Below are positions 9,101-17,385 of a stretch of DNA of 32,000 nucleotides, piece by piece (position 1 is the stretch's first letter; each line of letters starts with the position of its first letter). Made by a program: the position numbers and the translations under genes. Origin of the DNA: Gemmata obscuriglobus. GTDB lineage: Bacteria; Planctomycetota; Planctomycetia; Gemmatales; Gemmataceae. The notes under the pieces were generated by a model. It made no database searches. It was not told the DNA's origin and worked only from the letters and a program-made list of their open reading frames with translations. The stretch spans positions 3,540,001 to 3,572,000 of the forward strand of contig NZ_CP042911.1 in NCBI RefSeq assembly GCF_008065095.1. Direction: 5' to 3'.

Positions 9101-9490
9101 GGCCGCGCGGTCCAGCCGGTGCTTGGCGAGCGCCATCTGAATCGTGGCGTTCAGCTCCCGCTCGTCGAACGGCTTGACCAGGTACCCGAACGGGCGCGCG
9201 TCCGCCGCCCGGCCCAGCAGCTCGGCGTCCGAGAACGCGGTCAGGAACACGACCGGCGCGTCGCAGGCGGTCCGGAGCCGGCACGCCGTTTCGATCCCGT
9301 CCATCCGCCCGGCCAGGCACACGTCCATCAGCACGAGGTCGGGGCCGGCCGGCGGGATCTGCTCGAGCGCGCGTTCGCCGTGCGCGGCCACCCCGCACAC
9401 GTCGTGCCCGAGGCGCGTGAGGCGGTCCCGCAGCTCCATCGCGATGAGCGCTTCGTCCTCGACGATGAATACGCGCGGGTGGGCGTCCAT
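6191..9490 (-). CDS. Hybrid sensor histidine kinase / response regulator (REC - PAS/PAC repeats - GAF - PAS - HisKA - HATPase_c - REC)
   Basis: N-terminal receiver (RVFIVEDEALIAMELRDRL...DLVLMDVCL...KPF), several PAS-like blocks, GAF-like block, HisKA H-box (LAGGIAHDLNNALAPI), ATPase boxes (NARDAM...DTGGGI...GTGLGL) and a C-terminal receiver (VLLVDDE...IVTDLHMPG...KPY). ATG at 9490. Confidence 0.9.
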   Translation of the reverse strand: MDAHPRVFIVEDEALIAMELRDRLTRLGHDVCGVAAHGERALEQIPPAGPDLVLMDVCLAGRMDGIETACRLRTACDAPVVFLTAFSDAELLGRAADARPFGYLVKPFDERELNATIQMALAKHRLDRAARAAQDQLEERVRDRTAELERANARLRDRELLLSGINTNLVGAAVYRLVFDPAGQMRCTYLSPNAAALLGAPTEPLIERPERFFDLVTAEDLPRLRASIAETLRTGANDLVEARLRHADGGVRWFQFRSRLVERLPDGSQVRDGVATDVTAAKETEHALRVSGDQLARLNAELEDEAARRASALLRSEQRYSDLVENIHDALVRDDNAGRLVYANRRFREWFGVPDRPAGPVALDEHAAPEWRAALRDRHDRLVRGEAVPDRFEYEGVRCDGSRVWLEAHVTAVLEDGRTVGTQAVLRDVTARKRTETVLRFLSTELARLTGPEFFAAVARQLAAVLGAEVGFVAELLPRMSPPRVRTLGLCIDGVPQPEHEHALTGGPCEAVLHRDAVVYPDRVREQFPDEPGLAGLGARGYAAVALLDRSGRPLGHLGVVSRGPLRDAEQIEPVLQLFAVRVGAEIERQHGARMFHNLFEFAPDAIVMTDPQGAIRLANRQAEELFGWSRAELLGHRAEMLLAPEHRDRFVLHRPRHAGGDTPVPVAPTAPDLRALRKDGTVFPIEVRVAPLEVDGAWVTAAAVRDVTERHRLERQINRAHRLEAIGTLAGGIAHDLNNALAPITMALQTLKHSYPDHAELLDVLEAGAGRAAGMVRQLLTFAKGGEENTRIAVSARAVLTEAEKIVHSTFPKNIALTVTYPPGLPALLANPTQLHQVLLNMCVNARDAMPAGGALTLSAEAAELDQAAADALAEFGARPGSYVVLKVGDTGGGIPADVAEHIFEPFFTTKGADTGTGLGLFSALGIVKSHGGFIRVTSAPGLGTTFAVYLPTASDPSRSGALPRAEALVRGAGQTVLLVDDETSIRQLASLILKRAGYTVATAANGAAALAAAAALGDQLAVIVTDLHMPGVSGAELVGELRRVRSHVPIIVTSGLLGAAELSELRALGIEHTLNKPYSQGQLLKVLNTVLPAAPGN

Positions 9491-9592
9491 GGGCGGTCGG
9501 TGGGTCCGGTGGTCAGGGGCGGTCGGGCGAACGGTTCGCGCCCGGTCCGGTCGGCGGCGCCGGTTGTGTGGCGCCGGCGGCGGGACCGGGGA

Positions 9593-12500
9593 TCAGTCGC
9601 CGGGGGGCCAGGGCACGCTGATGTCGACCCGGGTGCCGGGGGGCGGGGCGACGCGCAGCTCCGCCCCGAGCTGCCGGGTCAGGCTCTCAATGAGCTGCCA
9701 ACCGAACCCCCCCTGCGTGCCCGGGACGAAGCCGGCCGGCAGCCCGACCCCGTCGTCGGACACGGTTAGTTCCGCGCGGCCGTCCGGGGCCGCACGGAGG
9801 GACACCCGGACCCGGCCGGCGCGCCCGTCCGGGAACGCGTACTTGAGCGCGTTGGTGACCAGCTCGCACACCAGCATGCCCAGCGGCAGGGCCGTCTCCG
9901 CCGGCAGCGGGAGCGGTTCGGCTCGCACCTCAAGGGCCACCGTCGAGATTAGCACGGAATAAGAGGTTTGCAACTCGCTGACTAGTGTCTTAACGTAATC
10001 GGCTGCGTCGACCCGCGACAGCCGGTCCGCCTGGTACAGCTTCTGGTGCAGCAGGATCATCGACCGGAGCCGGTCGCGGCACTCGCCGACGGCGGCCAGC
10101 GCGGCCGGGTCGCGGAGCTTCTGCCCCTGGAAGTAGAGCAGGCTGGCGATCACCTGGAGGTTGTTCTTGACCCGGTGGTGCACCTCGCGGAGCAGCGTCT
10201 CCTTTTCCCGCAGGGACGCGCGGAGCTGGCGGTCGGCCCGGTCCCGCTCGGTGGTGTCCCGCACGATCGCCTGGAGCAGTTGCCGGCCCCCGACGGCGAC
10301 GGCGTTCAAACTCACCTCGACGGTGAACGGGGCGCCGTCGAGCCGGGTGTGCGTCCAGGCGAACCGCTGCGGCGCGCCGGCGAGGGCGGCGCCGATCTTC
10401 TCCCGGGCGAGCGCGGTCGAGTCCCGCCCGTCCGCCTGTTGGGGCGGGGAGAACTCGTAGGGCGGGCGGCCCACGATCTGGTCCCGGGAGTCGCACCCGA
10501 ACATCTCCAGTGTGCGGGCGTTGCAGTCGGCGAACCGGTCGCCGTCCATCAGGAAGATGGCGTCCCCGGAGGACTCGAACAGCGCCCGGTACTTGGCCTC
10601 GCTCTCCCGGAGGGACTCCTCGGCCCGCTTCCGGTCGGTGATGTCGCGGACCACCGACAGGGCCACCCGCTGCCCGTCCAGGTGGAACGGGTTGATCCGC
10701 ACCTCGACCGGGAACGTGCTCCCGTCCTTGCGCCGGTGGACCGAGTCGAAGGACAGCGAGCGCCCGGCGTCGAGCTGGGCGAGCACCGCCGCCAGGGTGC
10801 CGGGGCCGGCCGCGTGGTCGAAGTCGCGGACGGTCATACCCACCAGCTCCGCGCGGGTGTACCCGAGGCTCTCGCACGCCCGCGGGTTGGCGTCCCGCAC
10901 CACGCCGTCGGGGCCGTGGAGGAAGATGCCGTCGGTGGCGTGCTCGACGAGCAGCCGGAACCGGGTCTCGCTGGCCCGGAGCCGGGCCTCCATCTCCTTC
11001 CGCGGGCTGATGTCGGTGATGGTGCCCACCACGCGGACCGGCGCGCCGGTGCCGTCGCGGGACACGACCTTCCGGCGGTCCAGCACCCAGAGGTCGGTCC
11101 CGGCCTTGGTCCTCAGCCGGATTTCGCGCTCTCCGGTCGGCGCGCCGTCGGCGGCCGGGGGGCGCACCAGGTGGGCGTCGTCCGGGTGGACGATAGTGTG
11201 GAGGAACTCCGCCCGCCCGGGTGCGTCTTCCGGGTCGTACCCGAGGAGCCGGAGCCACTGCGGGCTGAACTCGACCCGCCCGGTCGGCAGGTCCCACTCC
11301 CAGTGCCCGTCGCTGGCCGCGTCGAGGGTCCGGGCGAGCCGCTGCTCGCTGCGGGACAGTTCGGCGGTGCGGTCCGCGACCCGGAGTTCCAGCTCCTCGT
11401 GCGAGCGGCGGAGGGCGCGCTCGGCCCGCTGGCGCCGGTCGCGCTCGAGCGCCAGCGCGACGACGTTCGCGACCGCCAGCACGAACCCCTGCTCGTCGTC
11501 CTTCCACGCCCGGGCGCCCGCCTGCTGGCAGCACACGGCGCCTTCGAGCCGCGCGGAGAGGAGCACCGGCGCGTCCGTCACGGCCCCGGCGGCGCCCCAG
11601 GGCGCCAGGAGCGCCGGCGCGGGGGCCGTCCGGAGCCCGAGGGACGCCAGTGCGACGACGGCGCCCTCGCGCGTGACGTACTCCCCGCCCGCGGTGCCGG
11701 GGAGGGATTCGTAGAGCGCCCGGCACCGGAGCGCCCGCCGGTCCGGGGTGAGGAGCCACACCGCCACCCGCTCGACCCCCAGGGTCCGGGCGGCGGCGGC
11801 GCAGTACCGCCGCAAAACGGCGTCCAGGTCGTCCGCCGCCGGGGACTCGTCGCGGATCATCTCGGCGAGGGCCGACTGCTGGGCGCGGAGCCGCCCGGCG
11901 CTCGCCCGCAGCTCGGCCTCGGTACAGACCCGCGCGGTGACGTCCCGGGCCACCCCGAGGATCTGGGTCGGGCGCCCGTCCGCGGCGCGCTGGAACACCG
12001 TGTCGCGGCTCCGGAACCAGCGGAACGAGCCGTCCCGCGCGCGCATCCGGTACTCGAACTCGGACACCCCGCCCGCGCCGCCCGCCCCGAGCCGCCGGAG
12101 GTGCTCGTCGAGCCGGGGCCGGTCGTCGGGGTGCATGAGGCGCGGGATGAAGTCGTGCTCGTGGCGGCGCAGCTCGTCGTGGGTGTACCCGAGGGCGCCG
12201 GCGTTCTGGGGGCTGAGGTACACCGGCCGCCGCGCGACCAGGTCGTAGATGTAGACCGCGTCGGGGATCGTCTGGTTGATCGCGGTCATGAGCCGGTGGC
12301 TCTCGCGCAGCGCGTCCTCGGCCCGCTTGCGCTCGGTCACGTCGCGCCAGTTGAGCACCACGCCCCCGATCGCCGGGTTGGCGGTACAGTTCCGGGCCAC
12401 CGCCTCGACCCACATCCAGGAGCCGTCGTTGTGTTTGACGCGCAGGGTGAGGCCGACGGCGTGCTCGGGGCGGGCGAGCACCTCGGCCCAGGCGGCCCGG

Positions 12501-13480
12501 GCCGCCGGGTGGTCGTCGGGGTGGGCGTAGGAGAACGCGTCGGTGCCGAGTACCTCGTTGGGCGGGCGCCCGTCCAGGCGGACGTTGCTCGGGCTCGTGT
12601 AGGTGACGCGGCCGTCGGCCGAGCAGCAGGTGATCCCCTCGTACCCGCGCTCCACCAGCGCCCGGAACCGCTCCTCCGCGCGCTTCCGCTCCGCGACCTC
12701 GGCGTCCAGTTCCGCGGTGCGCGCGCGGAGCTCGTCGCGCACCAGCGCCTCGCGGCCGGTGGCTCGGAGCAGCCACCCGCCCAGCGCGCCGGTCAGGCCC
12801 AGGCTCACGGTCACCAGCAGCCACAGCCGCTCGCCGCGCGGCCCGGTGTTCACCAGGTCGAGCTGGAACATCGCCGCGAACAGCCCGAACTGGGACAGCA
12901 GCGGCAGTGCGACCGTGGCGACGCGGGGCCGCCACACCGCGCGGGGGGGCGCGAAGAGGGCCAGCAGCACGGGCGCGAACACGATCCCGCCGAGCGCGTC
13001 GCCGACCCACCAGGTGAACCAGTTGAGCGGCACGTCGGCGGGCGGCGTGACCCCGGCGAGGAACAGCGCGCCGACGCCCACGGTGGCGTTAAGGAGGGTG
13101 TGGGCGGGGCCGGCGATGACCAGGAACGAGAGGATGTGGCGCCCGCCGGTGAGCGGGGCCGGTAACCCGACCCAGCGGCGCACCAGCCACGCGCCCGCGA
13201 GCGCCTGGAGCGCCGCGCCGGTGGCGATCGCGGCGGCCAGCCCGGGGGCCGGTTCGCCCCGGCTCAACCAGACGTTGGCCCCGAACGACCCGAGCCACAC
13301 CCCGGGCCACGCGCGCGGCCCGAGCACCAGTAATCCGCCGAGCGCGATCCCGGCAGGTGGCCAGATCGGGGTGGCGTACCCCGGCGGGATGGCGACGAGG
13401 AGGCCCAACTTACCGGCCGTGCCGTAAGCCAGCGCCAGCAGCGCGACCGCTCCCAGGTGCCGCCCCCATTCCGCACGCAT
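9593..13480 (-). CDS. MASE1-domain multi-PAS/GAF sensor histidine kinase with HisKA_2 (HWE-like) transmitter
   Basis: Start trimmed to ATG 13480 (MRAEWGRHLGAVALLALAYGTAGKLGLLVAIPPGYATPIWPPAGIAL = MASE1 N-terminus, multiple TM helices). Repeated PAS/PAC blocks (RDVTERKRAE, RDITDRKRAEE etc.), a GAF-like block, the HisKA_2 H-box EVHHRVKNNLQVIASLL and an ATPase domain (ELVTNALKYAF...DDGVGLP). The upstream 134 codons in the ORF track look non-coding. Confidence 0.85.
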   Translation of the reverse strand: MRAEWGRHLGAVALLALAYGTAGKLGLLVAIPPGYATPIWPPAGIALGGLLVLGPRAWPGVWLGSFGANVWLSRGEPAPGLAAAIATGAALQALAGAWLVRRWVGLPAPLTGGRHILSFLVIAGPAHTLLNATVGVGALFLAGVTPPADVPLNWFTWWVGDALGGIVFAPVLLALFAPPRAVWRPRVATVALPLLSQFGLFAAMFQLDLVNTGPRGERLWLLVTVSLGLTGALGGWLLRATGREALVRDELRARTAELDAEVAERKRAEERFRALVERGYEGITCCSADGRVTYTSPSNVRLDGRPPNEVLGTDAFSYAHPDDHPAARAAWAEVLARPEHAVGLTLRVKHNDGSWMWVEAVARNCTANPAIGGVVLNWRDVTERKRAEDALRESHRLMTAINQTIPDAVYIYDLVARRPVYLSPQNAGALGYTHDELRRHEHDFIPRLMHPDDRPRLDEHLRRLGAGGAGGVSEFEYRMRARDGSFRWFRSRDTVFQRAADGRPTQILGVARDVTARVCTEAELRASAGRLRAQQSALAEMIRDESPAADDLDAVLRRYCAAAARTLGVERVAVWLLTPDRRALRCRALYESLPGTAGGEYVTREGAVVALASLGLRTAPAPALLAPWGAAGAVTDAPVLLSARLEGAVCCQQAGARAWKDDEQGFVLAVANVVALALERDRRQRAERALRRSHEELELRVADRTAELSRSEQRLARTLDAASDGHWEWDLPTGRVEFSPQWLRLLGYDPEDAPGRAEFLHTIVHPDDAHLVRPPAADGAPTGEREIRLRTKAGTDLWVLDRRKVVSRDGTGAPVRVVGTITDISPRKEMEARLRASETRFRLLVEHATDGIFLHGPDGVVRDANPRACESLGYTRAELVGMTVRDFDHAAGPGTLAAVLAQLDAGRSLSFDSVHRRKDGSTFPVEVRINPFHLDGQRVALSVVRDITDRKRAEESLRESEAKYRALFESSGDAIFLMDGDRFADCNARTLEMFGCDSRDQIVGRPPYEFSPPQQADGRDSTALAREKIGAALAGAPQRFAWTHTRLDGAPFTVEVSLNAVAVGGRQLLQAIVRDTTERDRADRQLRASLREKETLLREVHHRVKNNLQVIASLLYFQGQKLRDPAALAAVGECRDRLRSMILLHQKLYQADRLSRVDAADYVKTLVSELQTSYSVLISTVALEVRAEPLPLPAETALPLGMLVCELVTNALKYAFPDGRAGRVRVSLRAAPDGRAELTVSDDGVGLPAGFVPGTQGGFGWQLIESLTRQLGAELRVAPPPGTRVDISVPWPPGD

Positions 13481-13763
13481 GCTCGACTCCAGCCCGCACC
13501 GACTTGGTTCGGGTGCCCGGACGATCGGCGCACGGTCCGCCCGCGTCGCACGTCGCGCCGGTGGCTCTCGCCTCTCCACTATAGCGTGATTGCGGTTGGT
13601 GTGGCCGTTGAAGGTTGGTGACTGAAGCCGAAACCTTCCGCCGAGTTGGGCGAGGATTTGGAATGAATGGGCAATGCGTTTGATGATGCGCTCATTCGAG
13701 CCGCGCCGACGTCCGTTCGCAAAATGCGGTGCCGCGTCGGGAGCCGGCACACACGGTTCGGTT

Positions 13764-14609
13764 TCAACCGTTGGGCCAGCGGTCGCCGGCGTCGGTGCGC
13801 AGGTCGGCGAGCAGTTGAGTGAGAAACGGGCCGCCCAGTACCTCGTCGAACACGGACCCGCGCCGGTCCGCCGGGACGGCACCGACGGAGCGTTCGTGGG
13901 TCAGGGTGACGGCCGGCTGTGAGCCGTCCGCCGCCGCGGGCAGGCGGAGCGATAACTCGACGCGCCAGCCCGTCGCGTCCCCCAGCAATCGCACGACGAG
14001 GCCGGGCGTGTCGGTCAGCTCCGCCCGCTCGATCGGGCAACGCGCCAGGTACGCCCCGCCTTCGGTGACCCACTCGCGGAGCCCGAGCCGCACGGCGGTG
14101 ACGCACCCGCGCTCCCAGATCACAGCCGGTCCGGGCGCCCGCCGACGCCGACGGAGCCGGCGCTCGCGCGGGTGCTCGCCGGTAATCGGTTCCGGGATGC
14201 GACTCACCGTCACCCGGTCCGGAGCGGTGGCGTCGTTGTCCCAGGCGCATTCGGCCCAGTCCCACCCGCGGAGCCGCTTCACCTGTGCGGCCAGCACCGG
14301 CGGCGCGCTCTCCGTTTGCTCGCGGACGGCGTCGAAGAACGTGCCGTCGGTGGCGGGCTCGGACCCGCGGTACCCGGCCAGCGTCACGCCCGCCCACAGG
14401 AACCGGCCGTGCTCCCGGTCGAACGGCCGCGGGCTCTCGCGCAGCGCGTCCGCGTACACCAGCCGGTGCGTGTCGTCCGCCGGGTGGTCCAGGATGGCCG
14501 CCAGGAACGCGGCGCGGTCGGTTTCGGTCACGGCTCCCTCGTTCAGCCGGCTCGCCACCGGTCGGGGTTTTTGTACACCCCGGGGGCAGATAAGATGTGC
14601 TCTTTCCAT
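13764..14609 (-). CDS. TIGR02996 (Gemmata 'repeat-companion') domain protein lacking an obvious repeat array
   Basis: DRAAFLAAILDHPADDTHRLVYADALRE matches the TIGR02996 N-terminal signature (FL..I...PDDD..RLVYADWLEE). The start is uncertain: ATG 14609 or GTG 14531 directly before the domain. The remainder has no motif I recognise. Confidence 0.65.
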   Translation of the reverse strand: MERAHLICPRGVQKPRPVASRLNEGAVTETDRAAFLAAILDHPADDTHRLVYADALRESPRPFDREHGRFLWAGVTLAGYRGSEPATDGTFFDAVREQTESAPPVLAAQVKRLRGWDWAECAWDNDATAPDRVTVSRIPEPITGEHPRERRLRRRRRAPGPAVIWERGCVTAVRLGLREWVTEGGAYLARCPIERAELTDTPGLVVRLLGDATGWRVELSLRLPAAADGSQPAVTLTHERSVGAVPADRRGSVFDEVLGGPFLTQLLADLRTDAGDRWPNG

Positions 14610-14628
14610 CAACCTGCGAAAGCGCGCC

Positions 14629-14973
14629 GTGACCAAAATTGCGTACTTCTACACCGACCCCGTCGCGGCCCTTTGGATGGCCAAGACGTACCGCCTAAAA
14701 CTCGTGATCGGGACCTTCTGCCTCCAATCCGAGAGCCTCGACACGTTCATCGAGATGCTCGGCAAGGGGGCGCGCCCGGACCGCATCGCGGTCGCGGCCG
14801 AGAGCGTCCCTGTACTGGACCCCAAGCCCGGCGACGTGGTGGAAGAGACGGCCAACGGGAAAACGAAGGTGAAGCGGCTGGCGACCAAGGACTTCCCCCT
14901 GACCGGGTCCAACTACGACATCCTCCAGCGGTCCGGAAAGGCGTTCATCATGCCCGAACGCGCCCGCGGGTGA
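14629..14973 (+). CDS. Small hypothetical protein (about 98-114 aa)
   Basis: This is the tail of ORF 13819..14973. From GTG 14629 (or ATG 14677) the peptide TKIAYFYTDPVAALWMAKTYRLKLVIGTFCLQSESLDTFIEMLGKG...GKAFIMPERARG has normal composition. Third codon positions are almost all G/C, matching clear genes here. It is followed 9 nt later by a strong intrinsic terminator. No family recognised. Confidence 0.6.
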   Translation: MTKIAYFYTDPVAALWMAKTYRLKLVIGTFCLQSESLDTFIEMLGKGARPDRIAVAAESVPVLDPKPGDVVEETANGKTKVKRLATKDFPLTGSNYDILQRSGKAFIMPERARG

Positions 14974-14981
14974 GGGCTCCG

Positions 14982-15028
14982 AACCGGTGCCGCTTCCGTC
15001 TGGTCTGCGGCACCGGTTGGTTTGTTTT
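14982..15028 (+). terminator. Rho-independent terminator
   Basis: AACCGGTGCCGC (14982-14993) is the exact reverse complement of GCGGCACCGGTT (15007-15018), giving a 12-bp GC-rich stem and 13-nt loop, followed by GGTTTGTTTTG (T-rich tract to 15028). Confidence 0.7.
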
Positions 15029-15338
15029 GCGGGGCTCCGGCACAATATCGCTCCTGCCAGTCCTGAATCCCACTTCAAGCCACCCAGATCGACTCGCCGG
15101 ACCGACCCGATCGAAATAACATCAGCTTTGCACCGCAAACTACTTCCATATCTTCAGGTGTCGTGCGAGTGCAATTCGTTCGCCGAGCAGGTGAGAAGAT
15201 TTCCGGGTTGGAAAACGAGTGCGGCCGGCGCCCGGCGTGGTAAACTGTCTCGTATCTCTTCACAAGGTGCTCGTCGGACGGGCAGATGACCCGAGGTGCG
15301 AGCCGCCGGCCCGGGGCTGCGGCCGTAAGGGACCGTTG

Positions 15339-17249
15339 ATGAGTCACGAACACCACAGCGTTAATCAGCCGTGCCCGTCCCGGGCCGAACTGGCCGCGTT
15401 CCTCTGCGCCGAACTCCCGGCCCCGGAGATGGACGCGATCGGGGCTCACGTGTCGCGCTGCACGGGGTGCGAGGCGGCGATGCTGCGGATGGACGGCGCG
15501 ACCAGCATCACCCTTCTAGGTGACGGCGGCCGGGAAAGCACCCCGCAGCTTAGCCGCTACTGGACGCCGAACCGAACCCGATCCGTCCCCGAACAACTGG
15601 GGCAGTACCGACTGGCCGAGCCGCTCGGACGCGGCGGGATGGGGACCGTGTACCGGGCCGAACACGTGCGGCTCAAGAAGCCGGTGGCGGTCAAGGTGCT
15701 GGACCCGCGGCTGGTGCGGGACGACCGCGCGGTCGCGCGGTTCCAGCGCGAGATGGAGATCGTCGGCGGCGTCGAGCACTCGAACTTGGTTCGGGCCACC
15801 GACGCGGGTGAAGCGGACGGGGTCCACTTCCTCGTGATGGAACTGATCGACGGGGTGACCTTTTCCGGGCTGTTGCACGCACGCGGGCCGCTGCCGGTGC
15901 CGGAGGCGTGCGAGCTGGTCCGGCAGGCCGCGCTCGGGCTCCAAGGCGCATACGAACACGGTCTGATCCATCGAGACATCAAGCCGTCCAACCTGATGCT
16001 GTCCGCGGCCGGGCAGGTCAAGGTGTTGGACCTCGGACTGGCGCGGCTCCGGGGCGCAGGCCCCGACGAACTGACGCGGGTCGGCGAGGTGATGGGAACG
16101 GCCGAGTACATGGCCCCGGAGCAGTGGACGCAGACCCATGCGGTCGACATCCGCGCGGACATTTACAGCCTCGGCTGCACCCTGTTCGCTCTGCTCACCG
16201 GTGAGGCGCCGTTTCCCGGTTCGGGACCGGACTCGTTTTTGCGCCTGATGTGCGCGCACCAGCAAGACCCGCCGCCCGCGATCACCGACCGCCGCCCGGA
16301 CGCCCCGCCGGCGCTGCGCGGCCTCATGTTCCGGATGCTGGCCAAGAACCCCGACGACCGTCCGGCAACGCCCGGTGAAGTTGCGGCAGAACTGGCTGAA
16401 CTGGCAGCCGGGGCCGACCTCGCCGCCCTCACGACGGCCGGCGCGGTGGCCGCGCCGAACGTTACTCCCGCGCGACTGCGTCGCCGTCCGGCCTACCCGG
16501 CCCACCTGCGGCGGTGGATCTTGGTCGCGGGGGTGTTTGCTGCCGTTGGGGCTGGCGTTGGCGCGTCCCTCTTGCGGGCTCCGGCTCGGACCCATTCGGT
16601 CTACACCGAACCGGTCCTAAAAGAGGACCCGGAAGGCCCTTACAAGTGGCGCAACCTGCTGACCAAGACGCCCGAAAAGCGGTTCTGGCAACCCTTGGAC
16701 ACCTCCCTCATCAACCTCAATACCGACAAGGAAGTGCTAACGGTGGTCTCTCCCAAGCCCGCGTTGCTGCGGTTGGGAACCATGAGTACACCCAATTACA
16801 AAATTCAGATCGCCTTGGGACAAACTCAGTGGACCGGGGGGTGCGGGGTGTACTTCGGGGGATACCTCGACGCCAAGAATGAATTCAATTATCACCTGAT
16901 CGACTATCGCCACGTCCGGCAGGGACCCGATCGCCAGTACCAACTGATTCGATCCCACGGGGCTATTGTCCCGTGCGATCCGACGATGTGTATCGCCACG
17001 AACGGGATTGCCGGTAGTTACGTGCCCGGACCTGACTCCAAAGAACAGATTCTGGAGCTGACCGTGCAACCGCCCAACGTTCTCCAAGTACGTTGGAACG
17101 GGGTCGAGTGTCCGGAACTGATCAGTGACAGCGCGGCGAGACGGGTCGGGCAACTTTTTCCGACGCAGCCGGAACTCGTTGGCGAGTTCGGAATTTACTG
17201 CCATTCTACTATGTCGGTCTCGATCGCACGGTGCATCACTATACGGTGA
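15339..17249 (+). CDS. Transmembrane Ser/Thr protein kinase with N-terminal zf-HC2 (anti-sigma-like) motif and C-terminal extracytoplasmic beta-sandwich-like domain
   Basis: ATG 15339 (MSHEHHSVNQPCPSRAEL). H-x3-C-x2-C (AHVSRCTGC). Hanks kinase motifs GRGGMGTVY, VAVK, HRDIKPSNLML, DLGLA, APE. TM helix WILVAGVFAAVGAGVGASLL. The C-terminal ~210 aa (GCGVYFGG...NYHLIDY...ILELTVQPPNVLQVRWNGVE) is reminiscent of DUF1080/LamG-like folds. Confidence 0.9.
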   Translation: MSHEHHSVNQPCPSRAELAAFLCAELPAPEMDAIGAHVSRCTGCEAAMLRMDGATSITLLGDGGRESTPQLSRYWTPNRTRSVPEQLGQYRLAEPLGRGGMGTVYRAEHVRLKKPVAVKVLDPRLVRDDRAVARFQREMEIVGGVEHSNLVRATDAGEADGVHFLVMELIDGVTFSGLLHARGPLPVPEACELVRQAALGLQGAYEHGLIHRDIKPSNLMLSAAGQVKVLDLGLARLRGAGPDELTRVGEVMGTAEYMAPEQWTQTHAVDIRADIYSLGCTLFALLTGEAPFPGSGPDSFLRLMCAHQQDPPPAITDRRPDAPPALRGLMFRMLAKNPDDRPATPGEVAAELAELAAGADLAALTTAGAVAAPNVTPARLRRRPAYPAHLRRWILVAGVFAAVGAGVGASLLRAPARTHSVYTEPVLKEDPEGPYKWRNLLTKTPEKRFWQPLDTSLINLNTDKEVLTVVSPKPALLRLGTMSTPNYKIQIALGQTQWTGGCGVYFGGYLDAKNEFNYHLIDYRHVRQGPDRQYQLIRSHGAIVPCDPTMCIATNGIAGSYVPGPDSKEQILELTVQPPNVLQVRWNGVECPELISDSAARRVGQLFPTQPELVGEFGIYCHSTMSVSIARCITIR

Positions 17250-17301
17250 GGTGAATATCTAACTATTCGGTGCGGTTTCAGTCGTATCAGTGAATTCTCT
17301 A

Positions 17302-17331
17302 TTGGAATCAATCAATTTCTTGTGCTTAAAT
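17302..17331 (+). promoter_or_regulatory. Candidate sigma-70-like promoter in an AT-rich spacer
   Basis: TTGGAA (17302-17307), an 18-nt spacer, then TTAAAT (17326-17331), inside the only strongly AT-rich stretch of the window (about 17250-17340). Planctomycete promoter consensus is poorly defined, so confidence is low. Confidence 0.25.
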
Positions 17332-17385
17332 GTGGCGATTGCGGAACGCGGCAGCTTCGTGACAAGCCACCAAACGGGGGGAATT

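Noticed and set aside
6269-9769. 1166-aa ORF on the + strand (plus 7233..8927, 6126..7397 and other long frames) across the hybrid kinase locus
   Set aside because: It is antisense or out of frame to a gene with unmistakable REC/PAS/HisKA/HATPase motifs. The translation is dominated by Arg/Gly/Pro/Ala/Val runs with no motifs, which is typical of shadow ORFs in high-GC DNA where stop codons are rare.
9990-13165. 1006-aa (- strand, alternative frame) and 1039-aa (+ strand) ORFs overlapping the MASE1 kinase
   Set aside because: Same reasoning: extreme Arg/Pro/Gly composition and no domain motifs. The third frame encodes a coherent MASE1-PAS-GAF-HisKA_2 kinase.
13481-13763. TATAGT -10-like hexamer (minus strand, about 13573-13578) and a 7-bp hairpin (GAAGGTT...AACCTTC, about 13610-13638) upstream of the MASE1 kinase
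   Set aside because: There is no acceptable -35 at 16-19 nt. The hairpin is short with a 15-nt loop and no U-tract. This is too weak to call a promoter or terminator from sequence alone.
14695-15138. 147-aa minus-strand ORF antisense to the small + strand gene
   Set aside because: It runs straight through the 12-bp-stem terminator and is Arg/Gly-rich. The + frame has near-uniform G/C at third positions and balanced composition, so the + strand gene is preferred.
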